IMG/VR virus record: IMGVR_UViG_3300028591_000004
Span: 32,001-96,000 of that record
Length of the DNA: 64,000 bases
Source: a virus
Taxonomy: Duplodnaviria; Caudoviricetes
Direction: 5' to 3' (one strand)
Shown: one piece after another, positions 27,710 to 34,535 of the stretch
How the letters are laid out: each line of letters begins with the position of its first letter
Numbering within the stretch: the stretch's first letter is position 1
The notes under the pieces: generated by a model
The model's input: the letters and a program-made list of their open reading frames with translations, nothing else
Database searches by the model: none
Told to the model about the DNA's origin: nothing
Translations under genes and position numbers: made by a program

Positions 27710-27931
27710 ATGAGAAAAGTAATAACGGTAAGATTCTGGGTGGACGATGACTGGTGTGGAGATCCGGAAGTCGCAAAAAACTATATGGACAACGATAAGA
27801 TTAAAGAAGACATACAGACTGAAATAGAATATTGCTGGCATAATTTTGAAATGATAAACTTTGAAACAATGGAGATCTCAAATGAAAAAAGTACCGAAAA
27901 TACTGAAGATTTTGCCTGTAATTTACTTTAG
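27710..27931 (+). CDS. Small hypothetical protein
   Basis: SD GGAG. Confidence 0.5.
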   Translation: MRKVITVRFWVDDDWCGDPEVAKNYMDNDKIKEDIQTEIEYCWHNFEMINFETMEISNEKSTENTEDFACNLL

Positions 27932-28044
27932 CAAAGAGCCCGGAGAAACACAGGAACAGGCGGTAAAACGTTTTATGAATATATTAAAGGATAATGGAAT
28001 TGAAATAGAATCCTATAATGTTTCTGAGCTTGAAGGTGTAGATA

Positions 28045-28254
28045 ATGAAAACGTATGAACTTGGAGTTGTAATAGAAGCATATAAAACAATTCTCATTGA
28101 GGCTGAAAGTGACGATGAAGCATGTGACAGGCTTCAGGAAATCTGTGAAACAAATACAATTTCTATAAACCCAACAGATGAGCCGAATGTTTTGATCGAT
28201 TACGTTGAAGAGCTTTCGGATAAGCCAATTATAAGTCTTTCGAAAGAACAATAG
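28045..28254 (+). CDS. Small VEA-motif (DpnD/PcfM-like) protein
   Basis: IEAESDDEA. Confidence 0.5.
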   Translation: MKTYELGVVIEAYKTILIEAESDDEACDRLQEICETNTISINPTDEPNVLIDYVEELSDKPIISLSKEQ

Positions 28255-28439
28255 CTGGATATGATTACAGTATTACAGAAAAAAGATTTTTAGAGGGATT
28301 GAACTAGCCTTTTATGCGGAATATTTGTTTGATTAACTGAAAGATAAAATAGCATGTAAACGAAGATAACAAAAGCATTTTGGACAAGTAAACCGAAAAT
28401 TGTCTTTATTATTGGTTCAGCCCGATTGAATAATTTAAC

Positions 28440-28463
28440 ACCGTCGCAAGCGACGGTAAAATA
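28440..28463 (+). promoter_or_regulatory. Class-A hairpin motif
   Basis: ACCGTCGC-AA-GCGACGGT, identical to the 15548 copy; upstream of the Ubl-RT operon. Confidence 0.55.
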
Positions 28464-28592
28464 AAATGAATTATTACCCATAAAACAAACTATCGCAAAC
28501 CGTAACAAAATCATTCTCTTTTAAAAACGACAAAACATATCTGTAGATTTTTATAAAAAAAGAGAAAGATTTTAAACAGTGAAGGAGAGGAA

Positions 28593-29078
28593 ATGTATTA
28601 TTTAATTGACAATGATCCTGATCAAAGATATGAACAGGGCGAAGAAGATAATGTAAAAGAAGAATGCATTTCGGTAGATTATTTTGAGAGCGATGAAGAT
28701 CGTTTTGATGAATATTTGAATGATACAGAAAGAAATGTAGAAATTTATGGATATGAATTTACCCCATCCGATGTCCTGAGGTCCAATGAAGGGTTTTATG
28801 AAAATGCATTAGAAGACTGGGCGAATGACATGGTCAGCAACGAATATGAAAATGCTGACTATGAGTTTCGCCATTGTTGTCCGGGAGATTCATTCTGGAT
28901 TTGCAATTATGAAATCTTTGTCTATGAAGACGAAGAGGAAGAAGAACCCGAATCTGCGGAAGATATTACTTGTTTAAAGGAACAAGTGGAACAGCAGATT
29001 AAGAAAGAAGAAGATCTGAGATCTGAAAACTCCCGTTTGGAAGATGCTTTCATGTCTGTTTTCCAATCCATTCAGTGA
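28593..29078 (+). CDS. Highly acidic hypothetical protein
   Basis: SD AAGGAGAGG; D/E-rich. Confidence 0.7.
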   Translation: MYYLIDNDPDQRYEQGEEDNVKEECISVDYFESDEDRFDEYLNDTERNVEIYGYEFTPSDVLRSNEGFYENALEDWANDMVSNEYENADYEFRHCCPGDSFWICNYEIFVYEDEEEEEPESAEDITCLKEQVEQQIKKEEDLRSENSRLEDAFMSVFQSIQ

Positions 29079-29171
29079 AGACAATGCCGAAAGGCGTGTC
29101 GATAGCCCGTCCGTATCTTCGTATGCGGCTCCGGGCATTTTAAACTATTTTATTTAAAAAGGAGAAACAAA

Positions 29172-29783
29172 ATGTCTGTAGTGAATCTGACTCTCATTAC
29201 CAACCGAGGCAGGAAGGTCGACCAGGTTTCCGACAGTATGACCGTCCGGCAGATCTACGAAAAGTTCGATGTGAACTATGATGCCTGCACCAATACCATT
29301 GACTCTGTTCCGCTCCAGATTGGACAGCTGGATCAGAGCCTGCGCCAGCTCGGCTGCGGAGAATCCGTTCGTATGTCTTCTATTGTGAAGATGGACAACG
29401 CGGTTGAAGTCTTCATTGCCGGTTCTGCCGCGATTCTGAAGTCCAAGTACGATCTGGAGGATTGGAAGACTGCTCTGCGCTTCGATCCGGAGCTGGGTCT
29501 GTACAACGAAACTGACGAACCTATCTTCAAGGTGTTTGTCGAAGAAGGCCCCGGTTCTCTGAATGAAAACGGCGTTGTCTTCTCTGAAATCCCGAGTGAA
29601 GACGGGAAGGCTGTGGCGACTATCATTGTCGATCCGACTGCCGAGAACAAGCGCGAGCTTGTAAAGGCCCATCAGGGTCTTGCTCTTCTGCGGCTGAAGG
29701 AAGTCGAGGAGAATCTGGAAGAAGTTATCAACGACGCTAAGGAATCCGCAAAGGAGATCGATAAGATGGTGAAGGCCATCTAA
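29172..29783 (+). CDS. Ubiquitin-like (beta-grasp) domain fused to a C-terminal domain (putative)
   Basis: First ~77 aa have a Ubl-like pattern (LTLIT..TVRQIYEK..LDQSLRQLGC..VKMDNA); upstream of E2/JAB/E1-like genes; highly biased codons. Confidence 0.55.
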   Translation: MSVVNLTLITNRGRKVDQVSDSMTVRQIYEKFDVNYDACTNTIDSVPLQIGQLDQSLRQLGCGESVRMSSIVKMDNAVEVFIAGSAAILKSKYDLEDWKTALRFDPELGLYNETDEPIFKVFVEEGPGSLNENGVVFSEIPSEDGKAVATIIVDPTAENKRELVKAHQGLALLRLKEVEENLEEVINDAKESAKEIDKMVKAI

Positions 29784-29794
29784 AATCTCCTTGC

Positions 29795-29827
29795 AAGGGG
29801 GCGGTGTAAAATCCGTCCCCTTTTTTT
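29795..29827 (+). terminator. Terminator/attenuator after the Ubl gene
   Basis: GGGGGCGG-tgtaaaat-CCGTCCCC then T7. Confidence 0.75.
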
Positions 29828-29849
29828 AAAATTAAAGGAGATTTAAACT

Positions 29850-31277
29850 ATGTTTTCGAAAGTAATTAGTGCTCCAATTGCACCTTTAACATTCAGTTAT
29901 TTGAACAACTTTACGAGGCCGGAAGGAGAGCTGGACTGGACTTTATCTTCTCTCGGTTTTGTTTTATTCCAGCCGAGAATTCCAGATTATAGTGGGATTT
30001 GCGGAAACTATACCCGTTTTATTGAACTTGATGCAAAATTAATTGATCAAATTCAGAAAACATGTGATAGAGAAAACAAGTCAACACCAAGTTTTAACTA
30101 TCATATATGTTTGGATCTTACAGAAAGTAAGTTACAAATAATTAAAAAGGCTATGACAACGATTGGACTGAGTGAACTTGAGCCAATCGAAAGATATATA
30201 GCCCAGCAACTTCTAATGAAGGATTTTGCTGTATTTATTCACGAAGAAAGTAATAGCGCCTTTATATTTGCACCTAGTACGAACATACAGTTGTATCACT
30301 TGTGCTTGGCGTTTACCTATACATTGTTTCCAGCTATATTCAAAAATAAACCTTTGTCTGATGACGAAATCCAGGTACTGAAATCTCTTTCGCATAAAAC
30401 GGCTGATTCATTTATAAGCTTAATGCAGAAAATGCTTCAGCCTGTGCGGAGTGTTATTCTGCGCACGGAATTGGCTTCGTGCTTCAGAGGTTTCCGTCAA
30501 GGCAAAATTTCAACGGCAGAAAACCGTGTTCATGCACTGCGTTCTCAAATAGAAGCAGTTCTCGAAGATTATAGGAGAAAAGAAACAGAACTTGAAAACG
30601 CAATTGTCATGTTAGAAGGTTTAAAAGTTATCAGCGACGGAGATAGCGAAGAAGAGAAAGAAGTCATTGAATATCTTTCAAAAGAACCTCGGATTCAGAA
30701 CATCAGTTATGATAGAGGCTCTTTGATCTTTGATGTAACAACACTCCTGACGAATACAGATGTCAAGAAATATGAAAATGCGGAGAAAACTCAGGGCATT
30801 TATGATGGATATCGAATTGCAAGTACAAATGTGTTCAACAATAAAGCAAACAGAATGATGTTGATGAAAGCATTATTTGCAAATCCAAATCCTGATTTGC
30901 GGGTTAAGATCAGTGGACATATTGTTTTCCAGCCGAGCACAAACTGGATGGATGCTCCCCGTGGACAAAATATAGATATGACTGATCCGATCCTTTCCAA
31001 TTGCCTGATTAATCCGCATTATAAACTTCATGGATGTCCAGGACGAAATAGAGATCAGATTATCCAATGCCTGCAGCAGGGCGACTTGATCTCTGCTATA
31101 GAGTGTTCAATTGCGGCAACCGGAAGCGTTAACATTGGAGAAACAGACATTACTTTCAGACCGTTTGTTCAGGAGATCCTAACCAGCGATAAAAGAATTA
31201 TTCAGCGTAGCGATGGAACAGACTTAACACCTGTTGAAGCCTTGTTGTGGCTTCAGACCAAGGAGAAAACGGCATGA
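29850..31277 (+). CDS. Coiled-coil protein with C-terminal prokaryotic E2-like domain (putative)
   Basis: INPHYKLHGCPG matches the E2 xPH...C active-site layout; operon context. Confidence 0.55.
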   Translation: MFSKVISAPIAPLTFSYLNNFTRPEGELDWTLSSLGFVLFQPRIPDYSGICGNYTRFIELDAKLIDQIQKTCDRENKSTPSFNYHICLDLTESKLQIIKKAMTTIGLSELEPIERYIAQQLLMKDFAVFIHEESNSAFIFAPSTNIQLYHLCLAFTYTLFPAIFKNKPLSDDEIQVLKSLSHKTADSFISLMQKMLQPVRSVILRTELASCFRGFRQGKISTAENRVHALRSQIEAVLEDYRRKETELENAIVMLEGLKVISDGDSEEEKEVIEYLSKEPRIQNISYDRGSLIFDVTTLLTNTDVKKYENAEKTQGIYDGYRIASTNVFNNKANRMMLMKALFANPNPDLRVKISGHIVFQPSTNWMDAPRGQNIDMTDPILSNCLINPHYKLHGCPGRNRDQIIQCLQQGDLISAIECSIAATGSVNIGETDITFRPFVQEILTSDKRIIQRSDGTDLTPVEALLWLQTKEKTA

Positions 31278-32074
31278 AGAAATTAAAACTAAGCAAGCAG
31301 GATAAAGAAAAGTTATTGGCTGAATTTTCGAAGAAAATTGATAAGTATGAAGATGAACTCAAAGACACAGAGATTTCTTTCGAAAAAAATCTCAGCGAAA
31401 AAGCAAAAGAAAAAATAACAATTTATTTTACGCCTGAGGCATACATTGAGTCTCAGGCGCTGGTAAAGAATTTTGATGGCGAAGTAGGCTGGCATGGGCT
31501 AATCGAAAAGATCGATGACAATGCGTACATTGTCACAGGGATTATTGTGTATCCTCAGGTTGTAAATGGAGCAAGGACTCTTGATCCAACAAAGACAAAC
31601 AAATGGTATGAGGATCACGAAGATGTTCTGGATCTGCTACACTTTCAGGCTCATTCACATGTAAATATGTCAACCAGTCCTTCGTCTACAGATATGGAAA
31701 ACCAAAAGAATATCGTTCGGAATCTGCAAGGAGAAGGATTTCAACTCTTTCAGATATGGAATAAATCCGGAGATATTAATTCATTCCTTTATGATCTAGA
31801 CAATAATGTTATGTATGACCGTAACGATATTCAGATTGAGATCGTAAAAGAAGATAACTCGACAGTCTCTGAATTTATTCAGAAAGCGAAAGAAATGGTA
31901 GAGTCCATGCCTGTAACTGTTCCTAAGAAAACCGTCACAGCAGTAACTCCGAAATATGGCAGTTATGCATGGACAAACAATGATACCGTAGAAAATAAAT
32001 TAACTAATCCATTTTATTGGAAAGATGAAACTTCAGAAGGAGAGTGGGGCTATGAATCTCGCAAAATCATTTGA
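31274..32074 (+). CDS. JAB/MPN+ metallopeptidase
   Basis: EVGWHG plus JAMM motif HSHVNMSTSPSSTD; start re-set to ATG 31274. Confidence 0.85.
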   Translation: MKKLKLSKQDKEKLLAEFSKKIDKYEDELKDTEISFEKNLSEKAKEKITIYFTPEAYIESQALVKNFDGEVGWHGLIEKIDDNAYIVTGIIVYPQVVNGARTLDPTKTNKWYEDHEDVLDLLHFQAHSHVNMSTSPSSTDMENQKNIVRNLQGEGFQLFQIWNKSGDINSFLYDLDNNVMYDRNDIQIEIVKEDNSTVSEFIQKAKEMVESMPVTVPKKTVTAVTPKYGSYAWTNNDTVENKLTNPFYWKDETSEGEWGYESRKII

Positions 32075-32717
32075 GTTTTTTAACCCTGATTTATTCCATG
32101 AACAGATCCACATCATTGGGTGTGGATCTGTAGGTTCTACGGTAGCTGAACTGATTACAAGATTCGGCATCGAAGAAGTATGCCTATATGATTTCGATGT
32201 TGTAGAAGAACATAACCTGGTGAACCAGATGTTCACGCGAGATGATTTATATAAGCCGAAAACAGAATGCGTGAAGAACAATTTATTGAAAATAAATCCA
32301 GATATGAACATCATCTTATTTGACCGGGGATATATAGGACAAAAACTGTCAGGTTATGTTTTTCTGTGTGTAGATAAGATAGAGATAAGAAAGAGAATAG
32401 TTGAAGAAAACAAATTCAACGACACAATCAAAGCAATGTTTGATTTCAGAACCGGATTGACTGATTGCCAGCATTATGCTGCCGACTGGAGCAGGATGGA
32501 TCAAAAGAAATTGCTTTTGAGTAGAATGAATTTCACACACGAAGAAGCACAGCAAGCCGTACCAATGTCAGCTTGCAGAGTTGCGCTTTGTGTGGCACCA
32601 ACAGTAAGACTTGTATCTAATATCGGAGTCTGCAATTTTATTAATTTTGTAAAAGGAAATGGATTAAAGAATGCGATAGTTGCAGACGCATTTAATTTTA
32701 TGATCGAAGAATTTTAA
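32052..32717 (+). CDS. ThiF/MoeB (E1-like) adenylyltransferase
   Basis: IIGCGSVGS, DFDVVEEHNL.NQ, KPKTE, FLCVD; start re-set to ATG 32052. Confidence 0.92.
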   Translation: MNLAKSFEFFNPDLFHEQIHIIGCGSVGSTVAELITRFGIEEVCLYDFDVVEEHNLVNQMFTRDDLYKPKTECVKNNLLKINPDMNIILFDRGYIGQKLSGYVFLCVDKIEIRKRIVEENKFNDTIKAMFDFRTGLTDCQHYAADWSRMDQKKLLLSRMNFTHEEAQQAVPMSACRVALCVAPTVRLVSNIGVCNFINFVKGNGLKNAIVADAFNFMIEEF

Positions 32718-32718
32718 A

Positions 32719-32976
32719 TCACAATGAAAATTCGGTTATACCGGTCTGCTAATGTAAGTAACAGAAACACTTTGCCCGACAAGAAAGGGAACGCGGATCC
32801 GCCGGCCGCACGTCGAAGGCAGCCTGAATAACACCTCCATTTCTCGTGCTAAGACGAAATTTCTAGACTATGCACAAGTTTTATTACAGCTGAGAGATTT
32901 AAATCGACTGGTTTGAGATCGCTCGGGACCTGTAAGTAGCAGCTCTAGATCCAGCAACTAACTAATTAGATTGTGA
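32719..32976 (+). ncRNA. Retron-type msr-msd-like ncRNA, upstream copy
   Basis: Terminal IR TCACAAT/ATTGTGA; unpaired G32726 in CAATGAAAA; ends TTAGATTG. Confidence 0.65.
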
Positions 32977-32985
32977 GATGAAAAA

Positions 32986-34122
32986 ATGTATTACTTTACA
33001 ATAAGGCAAAATAGAAAACCAGTTCAACTAAAATTCGAAGATGTATTGTTTGGAAATGTTGTAATAAATTCATTAAATACAGAATCTGATAAGACCGGTA
33101 CCATAACCAGAGCATTAGACGAAATACCTAAAGAGTTAACTGAAAAAGTAGATATAAAATCGATTATTGAATGGTTGAAAGAATTCAATAATAAAAACAG
33201 TTCTTTGTTTGAAGCTAATAGAGAAACACTGTATAGGCATTATAAAATTCCAAAGAAAACAGGTGGATGGAGGCCCATAGATGAACCTTGTCCGGAATTG
33301 CAAAATGCATTAGGAGAATTGGCCTCTTTTCTACAAAGAGATGTTGGTGTTCTTTATCATACATCTGCATTTGCATACATAGAAGACAGATGCGTTGTAG
33401 ACGTATTGAAAAAACATGCCAAGTTTAAGAGTAATTGGTTCCTGAAAACGGATTTAAGCGGATTCTTTCCTCACACTACTCTTGAATTTACAATGAAGAT
33501 GTTAAGTAAGATCTTTCCTCTATGTGAAGTTATGAAAGATCCGGAAGGGGGAAAAGCCTTAACTAAGGCAATTTCTTTGGGGTTCTTAAACAATGGATTA
33601 CCGCAGGGAACAAAGCTTTCGCCGTGTTTGACAAATTTCATTATGATTCCAATTGACCATCGACTGGCTGGTGAATTCTCCAAGCGTAAAATGGTTTATA
33701 CAAGATATGCTGATGATATGCATATTTCAGCGCAGGAAGAGTTCCCATTTAAACAGATGGTGAAATTTATTGAAAATACTTTTAAAGAATTTAGTGCCCC
33801 GTATGAAATTAAGGATGAGAAAGTTCACTATGGAAGTGTAAAAGGGAAGAACTGGATGCTTGGCTTAATGCTGAATGGCGAGTACAAGATAACAGTAGGA
33901 TATAGAACTAAGAAATATTTTAAAGCGGCTTTGTGTAACTTTATTCTTGATACTAAGAACAATAAACCTTGGGACATTGATGATGTTCAGCATCTGTCTG
34001 GTCAGCTTTCATATTACAGGATGGTTGAAGAGAATTATTTTAATAAAATTATCAATACAGCAAATAAAAAGTGGAACGTAGATGCAGAACAAATGATGAA
34101 ATCTTATTTGAAAATAGCATAA
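32986..34122 (+). CDS. Retron-like reverse transcriptase
   Basis: IPKKTGGWRPIDEP, SAFAY, KTDLSGFFP, LPQGTKLSP, YTRYADD; 378 aa; no maturase or endonuclease domain. Confidence 0.9.
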   Translation: MYYFTIRQNRKPVQLKFEDVLFGNVVINSLNTESDKTGTITRALDEIPKELTEKVDIKSIIEWLKEFNNKNSSLFEANRETLYRHYKIPKKTGGWRPIDEPCPELQNALGELASFLQRDVGVLYHTSAFAYIEDRCVVDVLKKHAKFKSNWFLKTDLSGFFPHTTLEFTMKMLSKIFPLCEVMKDPEGGKALTKAISLGFLNNGLPQGTKLSPCLTNFIMIPIDHRLAGEFSKRKMVYTRYADDMHISAQEEFPFKQMVKFIENTFKEFSAPYEIKDEKVHYGSVKGKNWMLGLMLNGEYKITVGYRTKKYFKAALCNFILDTKNNKPWDIDDVQHLSGQLSYYRMVEENYFNKIINTANKKWNVDAEQMMKSYLKIA

Positions 34123-34126
34123 TCAT

Positions 34127-34331
34127 TGGCAATGAAAAGCTTTTGCTCTTTTGCTGTAATCAGAAGATTCGATTTGATAAAGAGTAGCTCCACATCTTGT
34201 TAAAGGCGCCGCAACATCTAAAGATGATGCGGCGCCTCCCGCAAGATGCTACGCTACTTCCAACTTATTACCTGGTTCTAAGGCCCCAGGTAAACGTTGG
34301 AAGTTTTAAACTCTTCGAATTTAGATTGCCG
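34127..34331 (+). ncRNA. Retron-type msr-msd-like ncRNA, downstream copy
   Basis: Terminal IR TGGCAAT/ATTGCCG; G34134 in CAATGAAAA; ends TTAGATTG; two long internal hairpins. Confidence 0.65.
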
Positions 34332-34332
34332 G

Positions 34333-34366
34333 ATAGAGCATTGCATTCGCAGTGCTCTATTTTTTT
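34333..34366 (+). terminator. Intrinsic terminator closing the Ubl-RT operon
   Basis: ATAGAGCATTGC-attc-GCAGTGCTCTAT plus T6. Confidence 0.85.
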
Positions 34367-34389
34367 CTTTAATTACCTTTGATCAAATA

Positions 34390-34422
34390 TTTTCTCCCGT
34401 TTCGAAAATCACCATAATGGAG
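34390..34422 (+). promoter_or_regulatory. Class-B motif upstream of RNAP 2
   Basis: TTTTCTCCCGTTTCGAAAATCACCATAATGGAG. Confidence 0.65.
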
Positions 34423-34535
34423 AAGAAAACAAATCATAACAGAACGCAAACAATTCCAGTTGCGCAACCACTCAACGCGACTGTTTTTATAGATGCTTGA
34501 TTGATCCATACCTATAGCGATCGAAAGGAGTATGT

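Noticed and set aside
32818-32824. GGCAGCC inside the upstream RT ncRNA as a link to the array
   Set aside because: A single 7-mer is expected by chance in 64 kb and there is no pentamer phasing around it.
32986-34122. RT as a DGR or group II intron
   Set aside because: It has PQG..LSP rather than the DGR GNxxSQ motif; no TR/VR pair or avd seen; no maturase/endonuclease extension or intron domain V seen.
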